Source: Bacteroidota bacterium
GTDB taxonomy: Bacteria > Bacteroidota > Bacteroidia > 2-12-FULL-35-15
Direction: 5' to 3'
NCBI GenBank assembly: GCA_947504725.1
Contig: CANNHN010000003.1
Location: 88,945 to 152,944, forward strand
DNA: 64,000 nucleotides
Position 1 is the stretch's first letter, and each line of letters opens with the position of its first letter. The notes below the pieces were generated by a model, which was given only the letters and a program-made list of their open reading frames with translations, did not search any database and had not been told where the DNA came from. Of the stretch, positions 1 to 10,319 are shown piece by piece. Both the position numbers and the translations under genes were made by a program.

Positions 1-1580
1 AATCCATGGGTGATTTCGTGTCCAAATGTTGATCCTCCAATAATTCCGTATAAAATGGCATCATCTGGCATACGTCCTTCAAATCCGGGAACAATAATGT
101 TACAAGCGGGTACAACTATTTCGTTGCTTGCAGGGTTGTAATATGCATTGTAAGTCTGTGGGTACATTTCCCATTCTGACAAGTCAACAGGCTTGCCGTA
201 TTTGTTTAACCTGAAGTTGTATTCCCATTTATCTACATTCATAATGTTTTGTAGATAATTGTCTCGGCTGATTTCTAAACTAGACATGTCTTTCCATTTA
301 TCCGGATAGCCTACTTTCATTACAATCTTATTTAATTTGCTCAATGCTTTTTCCTTGGTAGCAGCACTCATCCAATCTAATTTTTTGATATGCTCAGCAT
401 ATATATCGCGAATATTGTCACCAATTTCTAAAAGCTTTTCTTTGGTTCCTTTTGGAAGATATTCTTTTACATAAATTTGTCCGATTAGTTCACCTAACGA
501 CTCATTTGTAGTTTCTACAATTTTTTTCCATCTTGGTTTTTGCTCTTTTATTCCATCCATTACAGTTGAGAAGAAATAGAAATTTTGATCTTCTATTTCT
601 TTGTTTAAAGATGTTGCATAATGATTAATTAAGTTCCATTTTAAATATAGTTTCCAATCATCAATTGAAACTTTTTTGATGGTAGATTCTAGCTGAGTAA
701 AAAATTCTGGTTGGCCAACAACTACGGAGTCTATGCTGTTTAATCCTAAAAGCTGAAGTGTTCCTTGCCAGTTTACTGAAGGGTTGGTTTTGTTTAGAGT
801 AGCAACCGACATTTTATTATAGTTCTTGTAAGGGTCTCTGAGGTCTTCCATTTTTCTGGAAGCTTTAGCTAGCATCGATTCAATGGAGATTACTTTTTTA
901 GCATTTTTTTCAGAAATGTTTTTTTCAGTTCCTGTTAACTCAAATATTTTTTGAACATGTTTTGCATATTCATTTCTGATATTTATTGTGCGAGAATCAG
1001 TGTTGAAGTAGTAATCACGCTCTGGTAAACCAAGCTTAGTTTGCCCAAGATAAACGATATATTTCGAGCTATTTTTGTCGTCACGGATAATCGCGAATCC
1101 AAACATATTTGTAATATTCATTTTTTGAAGTAGAACAACTTGAGTTATTAAATCAGAAGTATTTTTAATGGCATCGATTTTTGAAAACTCGTCATTTAAT
1201 AAAGATGCTCCCGCTTTTTTAATGCGAGCTGTATCCATCCCGCTGAAATAAAAGTCTCCAATCTTTTGCTCGTTGCTCCCTTTTGTAGTGGTTGTTTTTG
1301 AAGCCGATGATTCACATATTTTTTTTATAGCCTCATTAATCGTATCGTTGATGGTTTGAAAAATACCATTGCTTTTTTCTGAAGATGGAATCGGATGTTT
1401 TTTAAACCAACCGTTGTTTGCGAACATGAAAAAGTTTTCTCCAGGTGAAATGGATGAATCGATATGGGCAGATATGGGATCAACAAATCCGTCTGAAGAG
1501 GTTGTTGCTTTTTCTGAAGAGTTGCAGGAATATACTATGATAGTAGCTAAAATTGCAGACGAAAATAATAATTTTTTCAT
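1..1580 (-). CDS. M13-family zinc metallopeptidase (PepO/endothelin-converting-enzyme-like), partial; C-terminus lies beyond the window start
   Basis: The minus-strand translation begins MKKLLFSSAILATIIVYSC, a lipoprotein-type signal with a Cys. It runs uninterrupted to position 1. Near the window edge it reads ...AILYGIIGGSTFGHEITHG, which carries the HExxH zinc-binding motif typical of M13 peptidases. It is absent from the ORF track only because no stop codon falls inside the window. Confidence 0.7.
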   Translation of the reverse strand, partial: MKKLLFSSAILATIIVYSCNSSEKATTSSDGFVDPISAHIDSSISPGENFFMFANNGWFKKHPIPSSEKSNGIFQTINDTINEAIKKICESSASKTTTTKGSNEQKIGDFYFSGMDTARIKKAGASLLNDEFSKIDAIKNTSDLITQVVLLQKMNITNMFGFAIIRDDKNSSKYIVYLGQTKLGLPERDYYFNTDSRTINIRNEYAKHVQKIFELTGTEKNISEKNAKKVISIESMLAKASRKMEDLRDPYKNYNKMSVATLNKTNPSVNWQGTLQLLGLNSIDSVVVGQPEFFTQLESTIKKVSIDDWKLYLKWNLINHYATSLNKEIEDQNFYFFSTVMDGIKEQKPRWKKIVETTNESLGELIGQIYVKEYLPKGTKEKLLEIGDNIRDIYAEHIKKLDWMSAATKEKALSKLNKIVMKVGYPDKWKDMSSLEISRDNYLQNIMNVDKWEYNFRLNKYGKPVDLSEWEMYPQTYNAYYNPASNEIVVPACNIIVPGFEGRMPDDAILYGIIGGSTFGHEITHG

Positions 1581-1605
1581 TTTAAATAAATTCTATTTAG
1601 TTAGA

Positions 1606-2514
1606 TTATTTAGTTAGGTGTTTGAAAACATCTTCCAGTTTTTGTTCTTCCTTGTGAAGTGTCAATACAGCTAATCCATTTTGAACAGCATATTGGAAAA
1701 TATCTGTGCGAATGTCTTTGTCGGTATGGGCTTCAATTTGCCAAACATTCCCTTTGATATTAGTTGCATCGTGTACACCATTGATTTTTTTCAAGGCATT
1801 CCGACTAGTTTCTTTATCGAACTCAACCGTAATTAATTGTTTGTTTTTTGTTTGCGTGTTTTGAATAACAGATGTAATATCGTTTGCAACAATTTGTCCG
1901 TTATTAACAATTATAACTCTGTCGCAAACAGCTTCTACTTCTTGCATAATGTGAGTCGACAACATAACTGTTTTTTCTTTTCCAACTTTAATAATCAAGT
2001 TGCGAATTTCTTCCAATTGATTTGGATCTAAACCTGTTGTGGGTTCATCTAAAATCAACACTTTCGGGTCGTGAATCAATGCTTGTGCTAAACCAACCCT
2101 TTGTCTGTATCCTTTTGACAAGGCACCAATTTTCTTTTTTTGTTCAACCTGCAAGCCTGTCATTTCAATCATTTCAGAAATGCGTTCTTTTACATTTTTT
2201 AGTTTATGCAAGCCAGCAATAAATTCTAAGTACTCTTTTACATACATTTCCAAATACAAAGGATTGTGCTCAGGAAGGTAACCCACATTTTTTCTGACAT
2301 CTAAACTCTGCTCGGCAACATCAAATCCGCAAACAAAAGCGCTGCCTGAAGTTTGTGGAATAAAGCAAGTTAAAATTTTCATCATGGTAGATTTTCCAGC
2401 TCCGTTTGGACCAAGGAAACCAACTATTTCACCCGTTTTTACTTCAAACGAAACATCGTTTAACGCATTTTGGGTGCCGTAGGTTTTTGTAATGTTGTTA
2501 ACTTTAATAGACAT
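1606..2514 (-). CDS. gldA: ABC transporter ATP-binding protein, GldA-like (gliding-motility-associated ABC ATPase)
   Basis: Walker A is GPNGAGKST, the signature is LSKGYRQRVGLAQAL, and Walker B is VLILDEPTTGLD. The YLPEHNPLYLEMYV and LSTHIMQEVEAVCDRVIIVNNGQIV blocks match what I recall of Flavobacterium GldA. The ~300-aa single-domain architecture is also consistent. Confidence 0.55.
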   Translation of the reverse strand: MSIKVNNITKTYGTQNALNDVSFEVKTGEIVGFLGPNGAGKSTMMKILTCFIPQTSGSAFVCGFDVAEQSLDVRKNVGYLPEHNPLYLEMYVKEYLEFIAGLHKLKNVKERISEMIEMTGLQVEQKKKIGALSKGYRQRVGLAQALIHDPKVLILDEPTTGLDPNQLEEIRNLIIKVGKEKTVMLSTHIMQEVEAVCDRVIIVNNGQIVANDITSVIQNTQTKNKQLITVEFDKETSRNALKKINGVHDATNIKGNVWQIEAHTDKDIRTDIFQYAVQNGLAVLTLHKEEQKLEDVFKHLTK

Positions 2515-2540
2515 CTTTTTCTATTTATTGAAGGGATAAC

Positions 2541-2565
2541 GCCCTTCGACTCCGCTCAGGGTGAC
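2541..2565. repeat. Family-A repeat half-site, minus orientation (gcccttcgactccgctcagggtgac)
   Basis: A 25-mer near-identical to copies at 8876, 46212, 49300, 50961 and 51014. It sits in the divergent gldA-like/rsgA intergenic region. Confidence 0.7.
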
Positions 2566-2677
2566 AAACTATTTTAACGAATCTATGTTTGAAATTACTA
2601 TAAAATATGGTTCATAGTAATAAGCAATTCGTAATATTCGTAAAGATTAGTTATTTGTAACACAAAGCTAATTCTTT

Positions 2678-3640
2678 TTGATAAATTTGGTGTTCAAAAT
2701 AAAAATAATGCAAGGTGTTGTAATTAAGTCTACAGGAAGTTGGTATACTGTTCTATCAGAGGGCAATATTATTGAATGCAGGATAAAAGGTGTTTTTAGG
2801 ATCAAAGATATAAAAACTACTAATCCTATTGCTGTTGGCGATAACGTTGATTTTGAAATGGAGGCAGATGGAAGAGGAGTGATTCATGCAATTGGAGATC
2901 GTAAAAATTACATCATTCGGAAGTCAATCAATCTTTCCAAGCAATCACATATTTTGGCAGCCAATGTGGATCAGGCTATGTTGGTAGTTACTTTGGCTTT
3001 CCCTCGTACTTCAGCTGGTTTTATTGATAGATTTCTACTTACTGCAGAAGCCTATCAAATTCCTACAAAAATCATTTTTAATAAAGTGGATTTGTTTCAG
3101 GGAGATGAAAGTTTAATGAAAGAACTCAATAGTTTTATTGCTGTTTATGAAAAGATTGGATATGCCTGTTATAAAGTATCTGCGACTGAAAAAACAGATA
3201 TAGACAAGTTGCTAAATCTAACAAAAGACAAAACTACATTAATAGCAGGGCATTCGGGAGTTGGAAAATCGACATTGGTAAACGCCATGGATTCTAATCT
3301 AGATTTAAAAGTGGGAGAAATTTCAGATGCACATAATAAAGGAAAACACACCACTACTTTCGCAGAAATGCATCCCTTGACTTATGGAGGATTTATAATT
3401 GACACACCCGGAATAAAAGAATTGGGTTTGGTGGACATGGAAAAAGAAGAGATTGGAAATTATTTTGTAGAAATGCAGGCCATAAAAAACGAATGTAAAT
3501 TCAATAATTGCATTCACCTGAATGAACCGAAATGTGCTGTTATTGCAGCAGTTGAAAAAGGAGAGATTGCCATTTCAAGATACACCAGTTATGTGGGAAT
3601 AATTAATGGGGAAGAATTGGATGTTACGAATTACGAGTAG
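2678..3640 (+). CDS. rsgA: ribosome small-subunit-dependent GTPase A
   Basis: Circularly permuted GTPase motifs are present: NKVDL (G4), GHSGVGKSTLVNAM (G1) and DTPG (G3). A C-terminal Zn-finger CxHxxEPxC is present (CIHLNEPKCAV). The true start is probably the internal ATG near 2708 (MQGVVIKSTGSWY), not the TTG at 2678. Confidence 0.85.
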   Translation: MINLVFKIKIMQGVVIKSTGSWYTVLSEGNIIECRIKGVFRIKDIKTTNPIAVGDNVDFEMEADGRGVIHAIGDRKNYIIRKSINLSKQSHILAANVDQAMLVVTLAFPRTSAGFIDRFLLTAEAYQIPTKIIFNKVDLFQGDESLMKELNSFIAVYEKIGYACYKVSATEKTDIDKLLNLTKDKTTLIAGHSGVGKSTLVNAMDSNLDLKVGEISDAHNKGKHTTTFAEMHPLTYGGFIIDTPGIKELGLVDMEKEEIGNYFVEMQAIKNECKFNNCIHLNEPKCAVIAAVEKGEIAISRYTSYVGIINGEELDVTNYE

Positions 3641-3735
3641 TTTTACAGCAGAGAAAAATGAGAAAACAAGAGGGCCGCTGTGTGCTCTGTGTTCTCTGCG
3701 AAACCTCCGCGACTTCTGCGGTTAATTTTTTTGCG

Positions 3736-4188
3736 ATGAAAGTAGTTATCCAACGTGTTTTACAAGCATCTGTTTCCATTGGTGGGGAATTAAAAAGTTC
3801 CATTGGCTTGGGATTGCTTGTTTTATTGGGTGTTGAAGATGCCGATACGCAGGAAGATGTTGAGTGGCTAAGTTCAAAAATTATTAATCTCAGAATATTT
3901 AACGATGAAAATGGTGTCATGAATGTATCTATAAAAGATTCTGGAGGAGATATAATTTTAGTTTCTCAATTCACATTACACGCATCTACCAAAAAAGGAA
4001 ATCGTCCTTCTTATATTAAGGCTGCTAGACCAGAAATTGCAATTCCACTTTACGAAAAAATGATTCTTCAGCTACAACTTGATTTAGGAAAACCAATTCA
4101 AACTGGAGAGTTTGGAGCCGATATGAAAGTGAGTTTATTGAATGATGGTCCGGTTACGATTGTGATTGATAGCAAACAAAAGGAGTAG
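3736..4188 (+). CDS. dtd: D-aminoacyl-tRNA deacylase
   Basis: MKVVIQRVLQASVSI...SQFTLHAS...NGPVTIVIDS shows full-length Dtd similarity. The ORF-track start at 3658 adds 26 unlikely residues; the ATG at 3736 gives the canonical MKVVIQR N-terminus. Confidence 0.85.
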   Translation: MKVVIQRVLQASVSIGGELKSSIGLGLLVLLGVEDADTQEDVEWLSSKIINLRIFNDENGVMNVSIKDSGGDIILVSQFTLHASTKKGNRPSYIKAARPEIAIPLYEKMILQLQLDLGKPIQTGEFGADMKVSLLNDGPVTIVIDSKQKE

Positions 4189-4255
4189 ACAATTGTTAAA
4201 TTTCAATAATTTCTTTTTTATTGCCAACTAAGAATTGAAAAAGTACCATTGAATT

Positions 4256-5497
4256 TTACTCAAACCTCAATGCATCAATAGGATCTAATCTAGAAGCTTT
4301 GATAGCAGGATAAATCCCAGCAATTGTTCCTACAAATAAACATAGTACAATGCTCATGATAATCCAGCCCCACGGAATGATGAAGCTAATGTCGAACGAC
4401 AAAGCAATTAAATTTCCTAAAATGATTCCAAGTAATGTTCCTGCAAATCCGCCCATTTGGCAAATCACAACAGCTTCCACTAAAAATTGAGCACGGATTA
4501 CTTTTTTTGTTGCACCCACTGCTTTTCTAATTCCAATTTCGCGTGTTCTTTCTGAAACAGAAACCAGCATTATGTTCATTAATCCAATCGCTGCACCAAG
4601 CAAAGTAATAACTCCAATAATAGTCGCTCCGATAGTTACCTTCTGCATATTTTCAATCAGTAAGTTGGCAAGGTTGTCGCTTTTAGTAATTTCAAAATTG
4701 TCTTCTTCTCCAGCACTTAAATTTCGAATCACTCTGAATGTTCCTGTTGCTTCTCCAATAGCTGCATCCATTAACTGTGAACTGTTGCACATGATGTTAA
4801 TAGTAAATGTCATATTTGGAATAGAAAAATATTGTCGAACATTGCTCAACGGTAGAATTCCTACTTTGTCGCCACCAAAGCCTGAACTATTTCCTTTTGA
4901 TTTTAACACTCCAATGATTCGATATTTTCCACTTCCAATTGTAATTACTTTATCTATCGGATCTTGTTTTTTATTAAATAAAGCATCAATAACTTCTTTA
5001 CCCAAAATAACTACCGGAGTGCCATATAGTATTTCATTAGCAGAAAAATTTCTTCCTTTATCCAATTCATAGCCAGAAGTAGCCATGTAATTTTCATCAC
5101 CACCAAATATTCGAATGTTGGGGTTGGTCTTTTTCGATTCAAATTTTAATGTAGAAGAGCCGGAAGCTATTGTAGAAACAGATGGTTTGGCTGGAAAATT
5201 ATACACCTTACTAAAATCAATCGCTTCTTGGTAAGTAATATTTCTAAATTTTTTTGGTCTTTTCCCATTTTTACCAATTCGTACAGTCATTTCACGGTTT
5301 CGGATCGTAAAAGTGTTTGCACCCAAACTAGTAAAATTGCTATTGATAGAGGATTTTAGTGCGTCAATTGCTGTTAATGTACCAACCAGTGAAGTTATCC
5401 CAATAGTAATAATAAAAACCGTCAAAATCGTCCTCAGCAATTGGCTTCGGATTGCTCTCATTGATATTTTAATATTTTCTTTTAAAATTGAAGCCAT
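4256..5497 (-). CDS. ABC transporter permease, FtsX/MacB-like (N-terminal periplasmic domain and 4-TM FtsX C-terminal domain)
   Basis: The 413-aa protein has an N-terminal TM helix, a large extracytoplasmic domain, and a C-terminal FtsX-like block (ERTREIGIRKAVGATKKVI...) with three further TM helices. Confidence 0.7.
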   Translation of the reverse strand: MASILKENIKISMRAIRSQLLRTILTVFIITIGITSLVGTLTAIDALKSSINSNFTSLGANTFTIRNREMTVRIGKNGKRPKKFRNITYQEAIDFSKVYNFPAKPSVSTIASGSSTLKFESKKTNPNIRIFGGDENYMATSGYELDKGRNFSANEILYGTPVVILGKEVIDALFNKKQDPIDKVITIGSGKYRIIGVLKSKGNSSGFGGDKVGILPLSNVRQYFSIPNMTFTINIMCNSSQLMDAAIGEATGTFRVIRNLSAGEEDNFEITKSDNLANLLIENMQKVTIGATIIGVITLLGAAIGLMNIMLVSVSERTREIGIRKAVGATKKVIRAQFLVEAVVICQMGGFAGTLLGIILGNLIALSFDISFIIPWGWIIMSIVLCLFVGTIAGIYPAIKASRLDPIDALRFE

Positions 5498-5647
5498 TCG
5501 TGGTGTCTAGAACAACAAAATTAGTAAAGTAATTGAATTGAACTTGCTATATTGATGGAGTTTGATAAAGTTGATAATTTTTCTCATAAAATAGCCTTCA
5601 AATCATAGCAATAATGTATCTTTAGGTCGTCTTTAAAAAAATCCATA

Positions 5648-6520
5648 ATGTTAAAAAAATATTTCTTTTTGAATTTTACAGTTTTATTACTGACTTTCTT
5701 TTTCACAACATCAACAGCTTTAGCGCAAGGAAAAAAACCAGCAGCAGGTAAAGGAGCTCCAGCACCTAAGGCTGCAGCAAAAGGTACATTGGCTGCTGAT
5801 ATGGATTGTACCGTAAAGTTAAATGGGGCCGCAAAAGTAATTAATTTAAAAGCATATACTCCACTAGAAGTTGTTTTGAAAGTAGGTGATAATAGTGTAG
5901 AGGCGCAGTCGATTGACAAAAAATCAAACTATCGCAATACCGTTATTGGAGTGGCTGGAACAACAACAATTGTTGAGATTTCATTTTTTGATGATTCTAA
6001 GTTTTTGGATTATATCAAAACAGGAAATGTAAATATGGCAGAAACGGCTATCAAAAAAAATCCGGGATTAGCTACAAATGCTGATGGCATGTTAGTTACT
6101 TCACCTCTCCAAATTGCTATCGAAAATTCACAACCGGAAATGGTGACATATTTAATGGGTAAAGGAGCAAGTTTTTTGAAACCTGAAAATATTTATCCGT
6201 TGCATTTGGCTGTAAAATATGCTTCAGCAATAAAACCATCTAAAGATAAACCTGCACCAGATAAACAGTTGGCTGATTTGTTTTTGAGCAAAGGATGTAA
6301 AATAACTGATAAAGACGATGGTGGCAATACTCCTTTGCATTGTGCTGTTCGTGCTGGAAAAATGGACATGGTCTTAATGCTAGTTAAATTGGGTGCAGAT
6401 GTAAATGCAAAAAATGATTTTGATGATACAGCTATGAAAATTGCTGAAGACAAAGGCTTGATTTCTATCATTAGTTTTCTTGCAGCAAATGGTGCTACTC
6501 CTGTAAAAAAATCTGAATAA
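5648..6520 (+). CDS. secreted ankyrin-repeat protein
   Basis: It has an N-terminal signal peptide (MLKKYFFLNFTVLLLTFFFTTSTALA). The C-terminal half carries 3-4 ankyrin repeats (TPLHCAVRAGKMDMVLMLVKLGADVNAKN..., YPLHLAVKYAS...). Confidence 0.65.
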   Translation: MLKKYFFLNFTVLLLTFFFTTSTALAQGKKPAAGKGAPAPKAAAKGTLAADMDCTVKLNGAAKVINLKAYTPLEVVLKVGDNSVEAQSIDKKSNYRNTVIGVAGTTTIVEISFFDDSKFLDYIKTGNVNMAETAIKKNPGLATNADGMLVTSPLQIAIENSQPEMVTYLMGKGASFLKPENIYPLHLAVKYASAIKPSKDKPAPDKQLADLFLSKGCKITDKDDGGNTPLHCAVRAGKMDMVLMLVKLGADVNAKNDFDDTAMKIAEDKGLISIISFLAANGATPVKKSE

Positions 6521-6559
6521 CTTCTAAACTAAAGTATAACTTCAAAAAATAAACAAATT

Positions 6560-8827
6560 ATGGCTTTTGATATTGAGATGATAAAGGCACTTTACGAAAA
6601 GATGCCGTCTAAAGTTGAAGCAGCGCGTAAATTAATAGGCCGCCCGCTTACTCTCGCGGAAAAAATTCTTTATTCCCATTTACATGCTGATCAGAAATCG
6701 GAAAACTTTCAAAGAGCAAAATCCTATGTTGATTTTGCTCCAGATAGAGTAGCGATGCAGGATGCAACAGCTCAAATGGCATTGTTGCAATTCATGCAAT
6801 CAGGTCGCCCACGAGTTGCTGTTCCTTCAACGGTTCATTGTGACCACTTGATTACAGCTAAAGAAGGTGCTGCAACCGATTTAGCTTTTGCTACAAAAGA
6901 AAGCAAAGAGGTATTTGATTTCTTAGGCTCTGTTTCTAATAAATATGGAATTGGTTTTTGGAAACCAGGTGCTGGAATTATTCACCAAGTAGTTTTAGAA
7001 AATTATGCATTCCCTGGTGGAATGATGATTGGAACAGATTCACATACAGTAAATGCTGGTGGATTGGGAATGATTGCAATTGGTGTTGGTGGTGCTGATG
7101 CTTGCGATGTAATGGCAGGATTGGCTTGGGAATTAAAAATGCCGAAATTAATTGGTGTGAAATTAACAGGGAAACTAAATGGTTGGACAGCTCCCAAAGA
7201 TGTGATTTTAAAAGTAGCGGGTATTTTAACCGTTAAAGGTGGAACAGATGCTGTTGTTGAATATTTTGGTGAAGGTGCAATTTCTATGAGTTGTACTGGT
7301 AAAGGAACAATTTGTAATATGGGTGCAGAAATTGGTGCTACCACTTCTACATTTGGTTACGATGCTTCTATGAGTCGCTATTTAAAAGCAACTGGCCGTG
7401 CCGATGTTGCCGAACTTGCTGATAAAGTAAAAGAACATTTAACTGCTGATGCAGATGTTTATGCAAATCCAGAAAAATATTTTGATCAAGTAATCGAAAT
7501 TGATTTGAGTACTTTGGAGCCGCATGTAAACGGACCATTCACTCCAGATTTAGCAACTCCTATTTCTAAATTGAAAGAAGAAGCTATTAAAAATGGTTGG
7601 CCTTTAAAAATTTCTGTTGGTCTTTTAGGTTCTTGTACAAACTCTTCTTACGAAGATATTTCTCGTGCAGTTAGTTTAGCAAAACAAGTGTCATCAAAAA
7701 ATTTAAAAGCAAAAGCAGAATATTTAATCAATCCAGGTTCAGAGCAAATTCGATTCACCATCAAACGTGATGGTTTCTTAGATGTGTTTGATCAAATCGG
7801 TGCGAAAGTATTTACAAATGCTTGCGGACCATGTATCGGAATGTGGGATAGAATGGGTGCTGAGAAACAAGAAAAAAATACCATCATTCATTCTTTCAAT
7901 AGAAACTTCGCAAAACGTGCAGATGGTAATCCAAATACCTTTGCATTTGTTGCCTCTCCAGAAATCGTTACAGCAATGGCGATTGCAGGTGATTTAACGT
8001 TTAATCCTTTAACTGATTTCTTAACAAATGAAAAAGGAGAGCAAGTAAAATTAGATGCACCAAGCGGTGATGAATTGCCTCCAAAAGGTTTCGCTGTTGA
8101 AGATGCAGGCTATCAAGCTCCTGCTGCTGACGGAACTAACGTTAGTGTAGTTGTTTCTCCAACGTCTGATCGTTTACAATTATTAGATCCATTTGCTGCT
8201 TGGGAAGGTGTTGATTTGAAAGGGTTGAAACTGTTAATCAAGGCAAAAGGAAAATGTACAACGGATCATATTTCTATGGCTGGACCATGGTTGAAGTTCC
8301 GCGGACATTTAGATAATATTTCTAATAATATGTTGATTGGTGCAGTAAATGCCTTCAACGAAAAAACAGATAACGTAAAAAATCAATTAACAGGTACTTA
8401 CGATTCTGTTCCAAAAGTTCAACGTGCTTACAAAGCGCAGAGCATAGGTTCAATAGTAGTAGGTGATGAAAATTACGGAGAAGGTTCTTCTCGTGAACAT
8501 GCAGCTATGGAGCCTCGTCACTTAGGAGTTCGTGCTGTTTTAGTAAAATCATTTGCTCGTATCCATGAAACAAATTTGAAGAAACAAGGGATGTTAGGAT
8601 TAACATTCGCGGATAAATCGGATTACGAAAAAATAAAAGAAGACGATTCAGTAGATATTATCGGATTGACTTCGTTCGCTCCGAATAGTCCATTGACCTT
8701 GGTGTTCAATCATGCTGATGGAAGCAAAGATGAAATTAAAGCAAATCATACTTACAACGAACAACAAATTGAGTGGTTCAAAGCAGGTGGTGCTTTAAAT
8801 ATTATTCGCGCAAACGTAAAAGCATAA
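6560..8827 (+). CDS. acnA: aconitate hydratase (mitochondrial-type / AcnA-like, 755 aa)
   Basis: The aconitase signature Cys ligands for the 4Fe-4S cluster are present ([18 protein letters not shown]). It is full-length and collinear with aconitase family proteins. Confidence 0.85.
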   Translation: MAFDIEMIKALYEKMPSKVEAARKLIGRPLTLAEKILYSHLHADQKSENFQRAKSYVDFAPDRVAMQDATAQMALLQFMQSGRPRVAVPSTVHCDHLITAKEGAATDLAFATKESKEVFDFLGSVSNKYGIGFWKPGAGIIHQVVLENYAFPGGMMIGTDSHTVNAGGLGMIAIGVGGADACDVMAGLAWELKMPKLIGVKLTGKLNGWTAPKDVILKVAGILTVKGGTDAVVEYFGEGAISMSCTGKGTICNMGAEIGATTSTFGYDASMSRYLKATGRADVAELADKVKEHLTADADVYANPEKYFDQVIEIDLSTLEPHVNGPFTPDLATPISKLKEEAIKNGWPLKISVGLLGSCTNSSYEDISRAVSLAKQVSSKNLKAKAEYLINPGSEQIRFTIKRDGFLDVFDQIGAKVFTNACGPCIGMWDRMGAEKQEKNTIIHSFNRNFAKRADGNPNTFAFVASPEIVTAMAIAGDLTFNPLTDFLTNEKGEQVKLDAPSGDELPPKGFAVEDAGYQAPAADGTNVSVVVSPTSDRLQLLDPFAAWEGVDLKGLKLLIKAKGKCTTDHISMAGPWLKFRGHLDNISNNMLIGAVNAFNEKTDNVKNQLTGTYDSVPKVQRAYKAQSIGSIVVGDENYGEGSSREHAAMEPRHLGVRAVLVKSFARIHETNLKKQGMLGLTFADKSDYEKIKEDDSVDIIGLTSFAPNSPLTLVFNHADGSKDEIKANHTYNEQQIEWFKAGGALNIIRANVKA

Positions 8828-8845
8828 TTTTATTTTAATTTATAA

Positions 8846-8896
8846 TTCGACTCTGCTCTTGATGACAACTAATAGGTCACACTGAGCGGAGTCGAA
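8846..8896. repeat. Family-A repeat, imperfect inverted pair (hairpin) 20 bp downstream of the aconitase stop
   Basis: The left arm ttcgactctgctcttgatgac is largely complementary to the right arm gtcacactgagcggagtcgaa. The right arm is the Family-A 25-mer. No T-tract follows, so this is REP-like rather than a canonical intrinsic terminator. Confidence 0.6.
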
Positions 8897-8925
8897 GTGT
8901 TTACAGAGTACATTCTTATTCATCT

Positions 8926-9798
8926 ATGAAAGCATACAACCCTAAAGATTGGTCAAAATTAATTTTCCATTTTCACAAGTCGGATTCTTTTAGAATGCTA
9001 TTGCCTGCTATGGTAGCATTGGCAGTATACGCAGCTGTTTTGTGTTATTTGGATGTGGAAATTAAGGTTATTAAATTAAGAAGCACTACTGTTTTACATT
9101 CGCTCTTAGGGTTTGTTCTTTCATTGTTACTTGTTTTTAGAACAAATACTGCTTACGATCGTTGGTGGGAGGGAAGAAAGTTGTGGGGCGATTTGATTAA
9201 CAATAGTAGAAATTTAATGTTGAAGTTAAATGCTTTTTTGCCTGCTGAAAACAAAGAATTGAAAAATAGTTTTAGGATTTTAATTACCAATTACGCTTTT
9301 GCTCTAAAAGAACATTTGCGAGGAGGTTTTAAGTCAAGCGAGTTGGAAGATCATCCAAATTTAAGATTAAATGATTTAAGTAACTACAATCATATTCCAA
9401 ATAGAATTGCTCAGCAAATGTATACTGAATTAGAAGCGTTGCAAAAACAAAACATAATAAGTGAAGAAAAATTAATTGTATTAAATGAAGAATTACGTTC
9501 GTTCACAAATATTTCAGGTGCATGTGAGCGTATCAAATCCACACCAATTCCATATTCTTATAGTACTTTTATCAAGCGTGTTATTTTACTTTATATGATT
9601 ACGTTACCAATTGGTTTGGTTGACGATTTTAAGTGGGTGACTATTCCAATGGTGTTGTTTGTGTTCTACGCTTTTGCAGGATTAGAGCTAATTGCAGAAG
9701 AAATAGAAGATCCTTTTGGTCATGAAGATAACGACTTGCCTACGGACGAAATAGCTGCAAAAATCAAAAAAAATTTAAAAGAAATTGTAGAATATTAA
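8926..9798 (+). CDS. bestrophin-family (YneE/UPF0187) ion channel
   Basis: It contains the RWWEGRKLWG motif and four predicted TM segments, with length and topology typical of bacterial bestrophin homologues. Confidence 0.6.
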   Translation: MKAYNPKDWSKLIFHFHKSDSFRMLLPAMVALAVYAAVLCYLDVEIKVIKLRSTTVLHSLLGFVLSLLLVFRTNTAYDRWWEGRKLWGDLINNSRNLMLKLNAFLPAENKELKNSFRILITNYAFALKEHLRGGFKSSELEDHPNLRLNDLSNYNHIPNRIAQQMYTELEALQKQNIISEEKLIVLNEELRSFTNISGACERIKSTPIPYSYSTFIKRVILLYMITLPIGLVDDFKWVTIPMVLFVFYAFAGLELIAEEIEDPFGHEDNDLPTDEIAAKIKKNLKEIVEY

Positions 9799-10070
9799 AG
9801 AGAAATTAATCCTTCAATACCTTCCATTTCTTTGTATTTTTCGATAATGGAGTCTGCAGATAACATGGCTTCCTTTATAGTAATACTTATATATTTTCCT
9901 GTTGAAGATTCTTTTTGAGTAATAATTGCTTCATCAGAAAATTTGGCTTCTACTAAGGCAATTTTTCTGTTATCGGCTGGAATAATGAATTTGAACATGT
10001 AAATAGTTGGCCACTCTTTTTCTTTATTTAGCTGTTCTCTTAATTTTTCAAATTGTTCGTCTTTATTCAT
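9795..10070 (-). CDS. DUF493 (YbeD-like) family protein
   Basis: A 91-aa protein with the characteristic YMFKFIIPAD block of UPF0250/DUF493. Confidence 0.5.
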   Translation of the reverse strand: MNKDEQFEKLREQLNKEKEWPTIYMFKFIIPADNRKIALVEAKFSDEAIITQKESSTGKYISITIKEAMLSADSIIEKYKEMEGIEGLISL

Positions 10071-10109
10071 AGTGCAAAGATAAAGTTTATGTTATAACTT
10101 TGTTGTACA

Positions 10110-10316
10110 ATGGAAAAATTTCAACTTACAGAAGAATACATTCAGCTCAACCAATTGTTAAAAGCAATGGCATGGTGCTCCAATGGTGCAGAGGCAAATG
10201 CAATGATTGATAATGGCCAGGTAATTGTAAATGGAGAAGTGGAATTGAGAAAGCGGAATAAAATAAGAAAGGGATTTGTAATTGAATTCAATAATCAACA
10301 AGTAACAATCGAATAA
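10110..10316 (+). CDS. S4-domain RNA-binding protein (YbcJ-like)
   Basis: A 68-aa protein with an S4-fold pattern: ...NGAEANAMIDNGQVIVNGEVELRKRNKIRKGFVIEF... Confidence 0.55.
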   Translation: MEKFQLTEEYIQLNQLLKAMAWCSNGAEANAMIDNGQVIVNGEVELRKRNKIRKGFVIEFNNQQVTIE

Positions 10317-10319
10317 ATT

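Noticed and set aside
1369-1617. An 82-aa + strand ORF.
   Set aside because: It is antisense to the uninterrupted M13-peptidase reading frame (1-1580, minus). The peptidase frame carries the HExxH motif and a lipoprotein signal. The + ORF has no features.
1837-2222. Two + strand ORFs (1837-2031, 2022-2222) inside the GldA-like ABC ATPase gene.
   Set aside because: They are antisense to a gene with intact Walker A/B and ABC-signature motifs. Their translations are N/F-rich with no motifs.
1606-5497. ABC ATPase (1606-2514) and FtsX/MacB-like permease (4256-5497) as one transporter operon.
   Set aside because: They are separated by the oppositely oriented rsgA-dtd pair, and each has its own upstream region, so they are not co-transcribed. 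The ATPase looks like stand-alone GldA, whose partners (gldF/gldG) are not in this window.
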